In this document: positions 48,939 through 61,375 of the stretch, piece after piece
How the letters are laid out: every line of letters begins with the position of its first letter
Position numbering within the stretch: the stretch's first letter is position 1
Assembly: GCA_013265495.1 (NCBI GenBank)
Contig: MU062453.1
Coordinates: 3,444,484-3,508,483, forward strand
Length of the DNA stretch: 64,000 nucleotides
Reading direction: 5' to 3'
Origin: Vicugna vicugna
Lineage: Eukaryota
Translations under genes and position numbers: made by a program
Notes under the pieces: generated by a model
Database searches by the model: none
What the model was told of the DNA's origin: nothing
What the model saw: only the letters and a program-made list of their open reading frames with translations

Positions 48939-51764
48939 GGTTTGGAGCAGCTCAGCACACACACACACACACACACATTGGTTTGGAGCAGCTCAACACA
49001 GGCAGTGTTTGGATTCAAACCCAGGCCGGCAGCACTCTGCCGGCCACGTGGGCCAACCACTCCGCCCTGGATGAACCACCCGGAATTCTCTGTAATCCCA
49101 GGGACACAGACCCTCTCCCCAGCACACAGCTGGACATCAGAGCCAAGAAGTCTCTCTACAAACCACGAGAGGACTGGGAAAGAATTCTTTTCCCGACCAT
49201 TGTCTGTAGAAAAACAGGGCCAACTTCTCCACCAGGAACAGGGGCACAGTGCACAGGCCCCATGAAAATGTGAGGATTGCTTTTAAAATCAGAAGACTGA
49301 AAAATGAACTTTTAGGTCAAAGAGAATGTTTAATTATATCATAAAATTATATTGTTTGTATATATTAATAGAATGATTTTTATTATAGAATACATCTATC
49401 TTCATACCAACACAGTCATAACATACTATAGGATTTCATATTTTTTATGGAGGAATTGACCCTGGAAGGCCAAGGTGCTGGGAGGGGGGGCACGAAAGTC
49501 TTCACGTGGCCCTGCTCCTGGCCCTCCCCAGCCCTCCCTCCAATCTGCCTCCAGCCCTTCCCCACCCAAGTCATTATTATGCAAATCCAATTCAACCTTC
49601 CTAACTGTCTCCCACCCCCTTCTCAGTTTTATCTCCCACCCTCCTCTCCCTCTCCCAATTCCACCGGGCCTGGCTCCCCACCTCACTTACCTTTCACCTT
49701 GTTTAACTTAATGGGGTGTGCGTGTGTGCATGTATGTGCGTGCATGTGTGTGTAACCGAAGCTTCAAATATTTATGTGACCGGATCTGTCAACATTCCTT
49801 TATTTTTTAGAGTTTGGAACATGCTTTCTCTACCTCTAAAATGGAACTTCGAATCTGTTGACCACTGAAGTCTAGTTCCCTGGGTGAGACTTTCGTCTTC
49901 CTGGCCAGGCTATACAGCACGCAGGGGCATCTGTCTCCTCCATAGACAGCCTTGGTCAAGAGATTTCACTTGGCACTTCTCAGAGACACCCTGAATCTGT
50001 CCCCTCCTTCTGCCCCCAACCTCACCCCAGGACCAAGCCCCCATCACTGGCCTCCCCGCCTCCACTTGCCCTCAGCCCCCACCTGAAAACCAGAGTGAGC
50101 TTTTCAAACTGTCCATCCGTTTTTTTTATACCCTACTCCAGGCTTGGGGCTTCTGGGAACTCAGGATTAAAATCTCACCCGTGCACCTCACCCCACTCAC
50201 AAGGCTCTCTGAAGGAGGTGGTACCTAAGGATGGAACCCGGACAGGGATGCCAGGCGCTCCCTCCCCACTGGCCAGGAAGGCAAGAGCCCCACTATGTCT
50301 CTTTCCCGCCCCTCAAACTTTAATCACAATTGGCTTTTGTCATGTAAAAGCGTGGGGGACTTGCCAAATCTAGACAGAGTTCATCCTATTTCCACCTCAT
50401 GAGGCAGTCCCCCACCTTATTTACAGCTGAAGTACCTACCCCTCCGCACCTCATGGGGAGTCATGCATGGCCCAGCGGTGCTGAGTCAACCTCCTGGAAT
50501 GCTGGGGGCTCCCCTAGCCAGGAGGCCCCGGGGCTCTTGCACACACAAGCACGTGGGCCGTTGGAAGAGGACTGTTTGCTAATAGAAGCTGTTAACAGCA
50601 CAAGAAATGGCCAAGGGTTCAGTGAGAGATGAGCCATCTGGTCATCCCGAGGTAAACAGTTTACAAGAGACAAGTCAAGCCAGCCTGCTGAGCTGGTTTT
50701 CCTTTAGACAGCGCGGAGGTGCGGTTTCCTTTCCCTCTTGGTGCTGGTTGGAAAGAGACTGTCCCAGGCACCCTGGCCTCAGCGCCAGTGCCTCCCTGGG
50801 GACCGGAAGGCAGGAAGTGTATTATTTTCACATCTTTTCTTGCCCATTCTCAGGACTGGGTGACTTTATGCAGCCGGTTAACCCACATTATAAAGAGAAT
50901 AGATTTCCTCCCAAAGAAACAGACTTACTTTCTAGAACCCAAAGCCTTGAACTTCAAGAAGCTCCAGCCTAAAATTTATTTCCTGTTGGAAGAAGACCCC
51001 CTACTGGTCTCTCCAGGTATTGCAGTCCTGCTCTACCAACCACTACAAATGCCCACCCAAAAGTGAGAGAGGGTCTCCGTGCTACATGTTCAGAGTGAAA
51101 CCAGTGGATTCCCAAGTATGCGGATATGCATGTGGCTTAACAGCATGAAGTAAACAGATTGTGCTGAAATCGTAACCCTGGAGTTTCCAAAAGTGTTGCA
51201 AAACATTCCAGGCAGACACTGAAGTTAGTGTACTACAAGCTGTTTATCAATTAATTCTTTCTTTGCCAAACATTCTTACTTGGGCCTACTGGGAGATGAC
51301 TTTGGTGGGAATGCAGCTCCAATTTTGTAATGAAAATCACCAGGGAAAGAGGGCTCGCTTTACAGAGGCTCATATTACAGTAAATGCGGCTGGAACAGGT
51401 AGTTCCCATAAGGACAAGGCTTGTACTCAGTTTTTAGCTCGTGTAAGAAAGAACCCGTGACATCTGGGGACTAGGATTTGGGGATCTTGCAATACCCTGT
51501 GAGATACATGGCCACACATTCAAAAGGAGGGTGACGAGTGTAAGTCTTGAGGCCAAAAACCTCAAGTTCAAATCTGGCCTTTGCCTCCTTCTAACCATGT
51601 GACTTGAACAAGTCACAAACTCGGGACCTCAGTTTCCTTGTCTGTAAAATAGAAACCACTGAAATGACCTTCCAGTTATCCTAATTCACAGTTTTGAGGA
51701 TGTGCTTTTGTTCTCCTCATTAAAAGGACATACTCTGTGCTGTAAGGTTAGAGACTGGAGGTAG

Positions 51765-52213
51765 CATATTAGTTTCTGTGGCTGCTGTAACTGCACCATA
51801 AACTGGGCGGCTTAAAACAACAGAAATGTATTGTCTAACAGTTCTGGAGGCTTGAAGTCCAAAGTCAAGGTGTCAGCGGGGCCATTTCCCTCTAAAGCCT
51901 CTAGGAAAGAGTCCTTCCTCGCCTCTTCCAGCTCCTGGTGGTGGCCATCAATCCTTGGTGTCCCTCGGCTTTAGCTGCACCACTCCGGTCTCTGCCTCTG
52001 GTGTCACATGGCCTTCTCCCGTGTGTCTGTCTTCACAAAGCGTCTCCCTCTGGTTGTAAGGACACTGTCCATTGGATCAAGGCCCACCCTAATGACCTCA
52101 CGGGAACTTGATTACATCTGCACAGACCGTTTCCAAATAAGGTCACATTCAGAAGTACAAAGGAGTAGGTCGTCAATATATTTTTTGGGTGGGACACAGT
52201 CCAACCCGTAACA
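51765..52213 (-). mobile_element. MLT1 (ERVL-MaLR) solo LTR, C/D-like
   Basis: Ends attagtttc... and ...ccaacccgtaaca; internal ggcttaaaacaacagaaatgtattgtct. Confidence 0.85.
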
Positions 52214-53829
52214 GGTCAAAAACGCTTTTGTTTAGCCCAGTAGTTTAATGAGGTTTTGGATGTGCTAAGATGGGCTCCAAGCATTGGTGGGGTGGGGGAA
52301 GAGATGCTGGACGGTTCCATGGAAGAAAGCACCGAAGGATGCCTGGTGATGATTGACAGCTGGAGATGGGGCAGGCTTTGGGGGTGGGGAGTGAAGGGCA
52401 AAACACGTGAAATTTTCCAGGCGATGGAATTTTAGGATGGGGATTCCAGACTTCACTTCCAAGTGTGCTAGCCCTGGGTTCCCCTTACCCCAGATTCTGT
52501 GGACCTTCTCTTCCTGACGGCCCCCTGTTTTCTTTTTCTTGCCCACTCTGCTGTCAGCCTGCTGGGATTGACCCAGAGCCCACCATCCCCTCAACCAGGG
52601 AGAGGCACGGGAGGCATGCCAGGCTAAGCAGACACGGACTGCCTGGGGAAGGAAACCAGAGCAGGAGGACAGGAGATGGAACATGCTGGATTTCATTCAT
52701 CCTAGCTCTGGAGAGGCCCTGACTGCATGTCTGCTGTGAGCCCAGCTTGGGTTCCTGGGCCCATGGTTCAGGCCATTTCCAGTTTGCTTTCCTGGACCTA
52801 TTCAGTGAAGTCCCCTCCCTGCGCCCCGCCCCAGCCCAGCCACCTTCCAGGAGACCCTCCTCAGCTTAAAATTAGCCCGATTCTTTTGCACTGGCTCACA
52901 ACAGATATCTCCAAAGTCTACTTCCCCAGCAGCCTTGTATCAATGAAACTTTAGGAAAAAATGAAAGAATTGGCGCAGCATCCAGTATGGGAGAAAAGAC
53001 AGCAATTTTCGAATTGACGAATCAGCACAAAAGTACCTAGAAGAAATGTTAAGACCCTGGAGACTCCCTGGGGATAGTGTGTGGGGGGTGGGGGGCAGGG
53101 ATTTCTCACTGGGGTCTCAGGCCCTTCTTAAGTATTCCAGGGAGCGGTACCCTACCAGAAGCCTGAAAGATGAAGGCACCCAGGGGCTGCCGCTGGGGCA
53201 TCCGTGTGAGTCCCGAATAGAGTACCTGGGGCATAGAGATGAGGAGAAGTGGTGACCTCTGGACAGCATGGCCCCCTGGCTTCCAGCCAGTGCACCGTGG
53301 CCTCGGCCGGATGCCCTCCCCCACTGTGGGGTTCCTCCTACACACATGCTGTTTTGATTCTGCACCCCCTCAGCCTTGACTTGTTCTCCTGCCTAATGAG
53401 GTGGGCTTCACAGCCCAGTGGCTGTTCCTGTAAAAGCTGGAGTTTCGATGACCCAGTGTGGTGAGTTTATAGGGAAGTGCTCCCTGAGGGCTGGGCTGGC
53501 TGGAAACAGATGCCTCGTCCTTTCCAAGGACAGTAATGAGGTCTGAGGGTTCCATGGCAGGCGAGGTGCTGTGGGCGCCAAGAGCCCTGGGCTGGCTGGG
53601 GGTCAGAAGATCTGGGCTCCCGCCCCAGACATGCTAACCAGGCGTTCGTCTCTCTCTCCCGGGTAAAATGGGGGCAATGCACGTACCTCTCCTCTCAGCA
53701 TGGCTGCTGGGCTCCAACTGGATTACAGATGTGGAATCAGCCTGAAAATCACGATGCTCTAAGCAAGTAAGAGACGTACCAGTGTTGCCGCAGCTGTCAT
53801 CATCACTACTGCTAGAACCTAAGACCTTC

Positions 53830-54362
53830 TGTGGCAGGCAGAGCATACGGTGACCCCCGGGGACCTTTGACCTTGAATGAAATCCTCTCCTCTTTGAGTG
53901 TGGATGGAACATGTTGAATGTTGTGTGACTCCTGTGATTCAGTCACCTTCTGTGGCAAAAGGGAGCTACTCCCGGGCAGGCCTGACCCACTCGAGTGAGC
54001 CCTCAAACAGGACTGGCTCTTCCGGGCAAAAGAGGTTTCAGGGTTTGGTGTGAGGGAGTCTCCCCTGCTGGCTTTGAAGATGGGGGGCCACGTGGGAAGG
54101 AAAACGGGAGGCCTCTGAAACTAAAAGTGGCCCCAGCTGACAGCTAGTAAGACCGTGGGGGCTTCAGTCCTAGAACCACGTGGAGCTGAATGGCACTAAG
54201 AAGGCTGCTCTTGGAAGTGGATTTGTCCCCAGACTCTCCAAACAGGAACTCAGTCTGACCAACGTCTTGACCTCTGCCCTCCAGAACTGGGAGCTCACAC
54301 GTGTGATTGTGTTGAGGTGCTGGGTTTCTGGCAGTTTGTTGCATAGCAGTAGAAAACCCACT
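53830..54362 (+). mobile_element. MLT1 (ERVL-MaLR) solo LTR
   Basis: TGTGGCAGGCAG start; ccagaactgggag...gtttgttgcatagcagtagaaaac end. Confidence 0.75.
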
Positions 54363-55239
54363 CGCCCCCTGGGAAGGCAGCCTGGAAGTAGAAAGCTCCT
54401 GCACCTTCTCTGCTCCCAGGGTAGCCTGGTGGGTAGAGATGAGGTTCAACGCCTGACTGTCCTGCTCGCCGGCTGTGCGTGTGCGTGTGTGTGTGTGTGT
54501 TGCAGGGGGGCAGTGAGCCAGCACGACCTCTCTCACCACCCGGAACCTCAGTTTGCTCATCTGTGGAATGGGGATGGAAATTAAATTGCGTAAAGCATCA
54601 GAGCAGAGAACATTGTAAGGACACACAGTAAATGCTCAAGAAACAGGAACATTGTCCATATTAATGACTAGAAGTCAGGTGACAGCTAACAAGAGGGTCC
54701 TGTGTCAGTCACAGCCCTGCCCCCCACACAGAGGGCACAGGAATGAGTCCTAGCCAGTGTCCTGGAAGTCAGGACCCTGAAAGACACAGCTTTGGAGACG
54801 GTGGTGCCACGTGCCTGACATTGTTAGCTGGCAAAGAGCTCTCAGCCCTTTCCGGCCTGGGGGGTTTCCTCCTCAAGGACCCCTTTGCTCCGGCCTCCCT
54901 GAGGAGGGATTCTGCTGCTTCCGCCCGCCTCCATCTCACTGAAGCCTGAGGCCAAGGCCTGTCCCTGTGAGGAAGAGGCTGACCCTGGACCCAGGAGGGG
55001 AGGTGGGTGCAGTCTCCCTGTTCTGTATCTGGCCCATGCGCTTGCTGGCGCCATCACACCCCAAAGTCTCCAGGCGCCAAATCCCGTGGCCCCTTCCACA
55101 GCCGCTGAGCCCTGCCCACCGCCCCTCCAGGCCCCGCCTCAATAAATCCTCCCGCTCCTGTTCCTGCCACGTGACCGGCAGCTTAGGCTGCGAAGACCAG
55201 AAGTTTCCAACTACACAAAACTTGGCTGCTGTGGACGCC

Positions 55240-55945
55240 AGTCAAATCCAAAACGAGATACCACTTCACACCCACTAGGATGGCTGTCAACAAAGAGACG
55301 GACAGATACAATTGTTGGCAGGGACGTGGAGAAGTCGGAACCCTCGGACTCTGCTGGGGGGCCTGCGAGAAAGGGCAGCCGCTTAGGAAGACAGCTTGGC
55401 GCTTCCCCCGAAAGTTCAGCCCAGAGTTGCCATGGACCCAGCAATTCCACTCCCAGGACTCTCCCCAGAGGAATGATAACATACATCCACATGAAGCCTG
55501 CCCACAAATATTCATAACAGCATTATTCGTAACGGCCAAGAAGTAAAAACTACCCAAATGTTCATCAGCTGATGGATAAATAAAATGTGGTACATTCATA
55601 CAATGCGATCTTATTCAGCCATATAAAGGAGTGAAGGACTGATATATTTACAATATAGAGGAATCTAGAAAACAATATGTTGAGTGAAAGAAGCCAGACA
55701 CAAAAGGCCACATATTATATGATTCCATGTATATGAAATGTCCAGAACAGTCCAATCCATAGACAAACTAGATTAGCGGCTGCTGGGGCAGGGAGCAGAG
55801 GAGAGTGGAAGTGACTGCTTAACACGTACGGGGTCTCTTTCTAGGGCAATGAAAACATTCTGGAATTAGATGGTGGCGATGGTTGCACAACTTTGTGAAA
55901 AGGCTAAAAGCCACTTTAACAGGGTGAGTTTTATGATATGTGAAT
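55240..55945 (+). mobile_element. Old L1M (MB-type) LINE 3' fragment
   Basis: gagataccacttcacacccactaggatggct, caattccactcc, aagaagccagacacaaaaggccacatatt and ggtggcgatggttgcacaac motifs. Confidence 0.85.
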
Positions 55946-57393
55946 TATATCTGAATTTTTTTAAATAGATTTTTTTCTCAAAGTGCTGACTGCTACTTAC
56001 TAGCTGCCTGACCTTGCTCAGGTGACCTGGCCTGAGCCCATGATCCCCTGTCTGTAGAACAGGACGGTGACCACATTGCTCGCTTGTGAGGCTGCTGGAT
56101 CACAGACGAAAATGCAGGAAAGCTGTGCTCATTGAATGGAATGCGTGTTAGGATGAGTCCCGGGAGGTCTCCTGAGGGTCTGCCCTCCCCAGCAACTCTG
56201 CTCGCTTACACACATGCTGCCTGGCTGACTTTCCTCATCTTTCTACCCCCTCTGCCTGGGCTTTGTGATTCCCTCTGTCTGGAATGCCCTGCTTGTCCTC
56301 CCTGGGCAGGTCCAGACTTGCCCTTGCCTTCAAGGGGCCCCCAGCAGCTCTCCCTCGGAGCAGCTTCCCCGACCCATCAGAACCTCGGGGAACACGGCCC
56401 CTTCCAGGAGGCCCTTAAAGGGAGTTGCTGGTGGCAGGCTGCCACACCAAGTACATTTACCTCCCGAGCCAGACTCTGGGCAACTTGAAGAGAAAGGTCA
56501 TGTCTGATTTTATTATGTCTCAAATTTCATTCATTTATCACCTTTACAATTTTCCCCATATTTGAGTACCACCTGTATTATAAGTTACTTAATACCTTTT
56601 AAAATCAGCTCACTTTTCTAAAAGAAAATGTGTATTTTAGAAGGATGCTTCTCATAACTGTAAATGAAGAGGAATGTCATTTGCCATTAACGATCACATG
56701 AACAGTAACCACAAATTATTCACACTGAACACAAAGCCAAGTTCAAAGGCCGGTAGGCACACTTGCCTGCTAAGCCTCTGTGCTTTCAAGGGGGGAGATT
56801 AGTAGGTCTTAGCGAGGCATCAAAGACATATTAACAAACAGAGACTTTCTCATTGGCATAATCAGGACTGAAAGATAATTGAAAAGGAACTTCCACGTGA
56901 TCTGTGAGTCACTGTTATTTAATATCTGTGCCTCCTAAACCATCTTCCCTCATCTCTTGCAAGTTGAGACTTAATTTAACACCTCCTTCCCTGGCCCTTC
57001 ATCTAAGGGAGATCACCCTGTCCCCCATTTCCTAATCCCCCATCCCCACTTTACTTTCCTCCTTAGCATTTAATACCGTCTGATATCCTATCTGCTCCAT
57101 TTTCTTTGTCTGTCACCCCAGCTAGAATACAGGTATTAAGAAGTGATTTTACCAGCACCCCCAGAAAGTGCCCGGCATCTAGGAGGCCTTCAGCGAATAG
57201 ATGTTGAATGAATGGATGGACGGATGGATGGATGAATCTTGAATCTCCAGTGGCTTTGTACTGTCTTGCACTAGCTTTGTATCAAATCCTATCCATAGGA
57301 GATGGCCCAATAAATAATTGTTGAGTGAGCAAGTGAGTGAATGAATTAATTAATCAGTACATTTTTGCCTGGGTAATGACACTCTCATTTTTT

Positions 57394-58232
57394 TTTTCTG
57401 TTTTTTTTTAATTGCAGTATAGTCAGTTTACAATGTCTTGTCAATTTCTGGTGTACCCCACAATGCTTTAGTCATACATATGCATACATATATTCTTTTT
57501 CATTATAGGTTACTACAAGACATTGAATATAGTTCCCTCTGCTATACAGAAAAAAACTCGTTTCTCTGTTTTATATACAGTAGTGTCTTCAAATCTTGAA
57601 CTCCCAATTTATCCCTTCCCAGTCCCCTTTTCCCCTTGGTAACCATAGTTTGTTTTCTATGTCTATGAGTCTGTTTCTGTTTTGTAAATAAGTTCTTTTT
57701 TTTTAGATTCCATGTATGAGTGATATCATATGGTATTTTTCTTTCTCTTTCTGGCTTGTTTCACTTAAAATGACGATCTCTGGGTCCATCCATGTTGCTG
57801 CAAATGACATTATTTTATTCTTTTTTATGGCTGAGTAGCATTCTATTTTATAAATAAACAGTAACTTCTTCATCCAGTCACCTGTTGATGGACATTTAGG
57901 TTGTTTCTATGTCTTGGCTATTGTATATAGTGCTGCTATGAACCCAGGGGGGCATGTGTCTTTTCGAACTAGAGTTNNNNNNNNNNNNNNNNNNNNNNNN
58001 NNNNNNNNNNNNNNNNNNNNNNNNNNNNNNNNNNNNNNNNNNNNNNNNNNNNNNNNNNNNNNNNNNNNNNNNNNNNNNNNNNNNNNNNNNNNNNNNNNNN
58101 NNNNNNNNTTCTTCACACCCTCTCCAGCATTTATCTTTTGTAGACTCTTGAATGATGGCCATTCTGACCGGTGTGAGGCGATACCTCATCGCAGTTTTGA
58201 TTTGCATTTCTGATAATTAGCGATATTGAACG
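57394..58232 (-). mobile_element. 5'-truncated lineage-type L1 with polyA tail and TSD, containing an assembly gap
   Basis: ORF2 C-terminal remnant MQIKTAMRYRLTPVRMAII; T-rich tail at 57388-57410; TSD ctctc(c)atttttt at 57382-57393 and 58233-58245. Confidence 0.88.
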
Positions 58233-59894
58233 CTCTCCATTTTTTGAGATAACCCAGACTTCTTCGTGTGGACATGTTTTCAGTCCTTGATTCTAAATTC
58301 TTCCCGCAGACTGTCTCTAGGACCAAAGGAATATAGTCTTTGCCAAGAAAAGAGCTTGAATTCTCAGGCCTCCAGTTTAAATTAAATAGTGATGGTTTAC
58401 CAGGAAAAGAAAATTGAGGACCCCAAGAAGTTGTGGGGAGCTCGAGCAGTGTGGAGAACGTTCCCCAGGGCCAGACTCCTCCTGGCCCTCCTGCCCAGCG
58501 CCCCGGCACAGTGCCGAGCCAGAGGAGCCAGCCAGACACACAGGCACTGCAGTTACTAAGGGATCCTAAGTACATCAAGATGGATGCACTGACGCCAGCC
58601 GCNNNNNNNNNNNNNNNNNNNNNNNNNNNNNNNNNNNNNNNNNNNNNNNNNNNNNNNNNNNNNNNNNNNNNNNNNNNNNNNNNNNNNNNNNNNNNNNNNN
58701 NNNNNNNNNNNNNNNNNNNNNNNNNNNNNNNNNNNNNNNNNNNNNNNNNNTGCTGGGTTTTGTCTCCTCTTTTGTTGTGTGTGTGTGTGTGTGTGTGTTT
58801 GTCCACGATTATTAAGCAATCAGCCAGAAAACAGTCAGGACGCTCTGCTCTACTTTAACCAGAAAAAAAAAAAAAGAAAAGGACACAAACTGAGTTCGTG
58901 GCATGCAATAGAAGACCTGGTGGTTTTACCTTCAAAGCTGCCTATGTGCAAGAGGGAATTGCTTCTTTCCTTCCGCTCATACCTAATATGCTCTTCCTCC
59001 CCACCCATTGTTTGTGGGGGGAAAGTACAGCAAGCATTGGTAGAAAGTGTCAGTAACTCACTCCTACTCTTACAAGGAGCCACGACTTTCCCTCAGTGCA
59101 CCGTGTTCTTCCCATTCCTCTCTACTCTTTGGAACCGAGGGGTCTGGGTTGGAATCCCAGCTCTGCCACTTGCTGGCTATTGTGACCCTGAGAGTCACCT
59201 CACCACTTGTAACCTCTGTTTCCTCATCTGTAAAATGGAGTAATAATAGTGCCCATCTTTTGGGGTTGTTGCAAGGAGTAAACAAGAAGGTTCCTTAGGA
59301 ACTTAGCAGTGTTTCTGGCACAAAGTACATGCTCAATAAATAGTAGTTATTTTTATAGGATCAATATATACAGTATTTATACCTTCTTTTCCATGAAAGA
59401 GTAGCGCACGTTTGGTTTTCTCAGTTCACTGTTCTCATAAGCATTTTTTATGACTACAAAATGGTCCGTTGCAGGGCTGTACTAGCATTATTCTGTTCAC
59501 TGTTCCCTATGGATAGAAACAGAGATTGCGTCCACAATGTTACAAAAATTGCTTTGACAAACTTCTCCAGGGTTAAACCTTGATCCGCATTTGAGGTTCT
59601 TTAGGATGAATTCTCAGAAGTGGAATTATTGGATCAAACGGTTTGAACACTTCCAAGAACCTTAATATGTCATGTTTAGCACTGCAAGTTGTTTCCAGGA
59701 TTACCCATAGTCATCTCACTGTGTCCCAGCTGCATTGAGGATTATTACCTTTTAGTTGTTGTTAATTTGACAGGCCAAATATGTCATCTCATTCTTTAAT
59801 TTGCATTTTTAGTATTTCACCCACTATGTTTCTATTACTGATTTTATGCACGGGCTAAGTAAGGGCCCTCCATAAAATATCTTATTCACATTCT

Positions 59895-60150
59895 GGGTAA
59901 GAAGTGAGAGCAGGCACTTGGACAGATATCTGTACACCTGTGTTCATAGCAGCATGGTTCACAGCAGCCAAAAGGTGGACGAAACCCAAGCGTCCATTGA
60001 CAGATGAATGGGTAAACAAAATGTAGTCTATCCATACAATAGAATATTCTTCATCTTTAAAAAGGAAAGCAACTCTGACGTACGCTCCAAGATGGAGGAA
60101 CCCTGAAGACATTATGCTGAGTGAAAGAAACCAGTCACAAATGGACAACA
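59895..60150 (+). mobile_element. L1M LINE 3' fragment
   Basis: gttcatagcagcatggttcacagcagccaaaaggtgg...gacattatgctgagtgaaagaaaccagtcacaa. Confidence 0.8.
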
Positions 60151-60864
60151 TTCCTGGAGTCACACAGCTTGTGAAGTAGTAGAGACAGGCTTAGACTCCA
60201 GGTTGTGCCCTGAAAGACTACGTTTTCCTGCAAGAATTCTGTGGACTCAGAGTCAGAGGGAAAAATCAACCAAACCCAAGATAGAAGGTGGAGTTAGCAA
60301 GCACCCAGTGCCAGACGGAGCTGCTGCCGCTCAAGGCTCAGAGTTCAGTTCTATATTTATTCTCTGACCTTCTTGTGGGTTCTAAATTTGGCCAAACAAG
60401 TTCTTCCAGCCTAATCAATGACATAAGTGCATTGTTTTGAAGATCAAACCTTTTTCCTGGTATGAAAGTAATAATGCACAGTTTGTTTGGAGAAGCAGCC
60501 CAGCTGCCTGCCAACAGCCACCTGAGACTAATCCTGGGCTTACTGACGGTGGACCTGTGATTACAAACTGATTTCCCAGGAACAGTGATTAAAACTATTT
60601 CCTGAACTAACTGATTTCTCCTCCCTAATGGGCTAAAATCAATGAGGGAGATGAAACAGTTCTGAAGATGCATGGTCATGCCATGAGACATAGCTAGGGG
60701 GAAAAAAACCACTTCTAACCAGAACCAATCTTACAATTTTCCTAAAATTACTAATTAGAACAAAATAAGAGTCTTCAGATAGTCTCTCTCAGGCAGGAGG
60801 AATCACAGAGTCTTTGGGGACTCATAGACCCCAGCCCATGAGTCCCCACTTCACCGGGAAGGTA

Positions 60865-61375
60865 TTACAGTGGCTGACTGGTCCATGACCCCTTCTCAGA
60901 CATCCTACTTCCCCTGGGTTGGCACAAGCCTGTGACCCACGTGGTCTGGCCATTGATGATCGAACAAGCATTGGACACGGGACCCAGAAGAGAAGATCCA
61001 CTCACTGGCCAGAAACATACAATTTCTGGTGCTTGGCCTGAAAGCATGAGCCTGGACCTCCGACTCCCTCCCTCAAAAATACAAATGAAGAGACAGGGAG
61101 GGACATTTTTGTTTGGTGCAGATACTTGGGTTGAAGGATCATGGATATTTGGAGTTGGAATGGCCGTTCTGGGGGCACTTGCACACAGGTGTATATGGAA
61201 AAGGGACAGGTGCTGTGGCAGTCTGGAGTGTTGAGCATCTGGATCACACTTCACCTGAAACACACCCTACCACTGGAAATTTTCCACTATATAAGCCAAC
61301 AAATCTTTCTTCAGATTAGTTTTATTAGGCTTTCTGGGTTTTGGTGTTTGCTTGCTTGTTTCGTATAGCCAAAAG
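60865..61375. mobile_element. Degenerate MaLR LTR (MLT1 G/H/J-like)
   Basis: General resemblance (ataagccaacaaatc...aggctttctgggttttggtg); subfamily uncertain. Confidence 0.4.

Noticed and set aside
57896-58858. ORFs spanning N runs
   Set aside because: Artefacts of assembly gaps; the real content is an L1 ORF2 remnant and unique flank.
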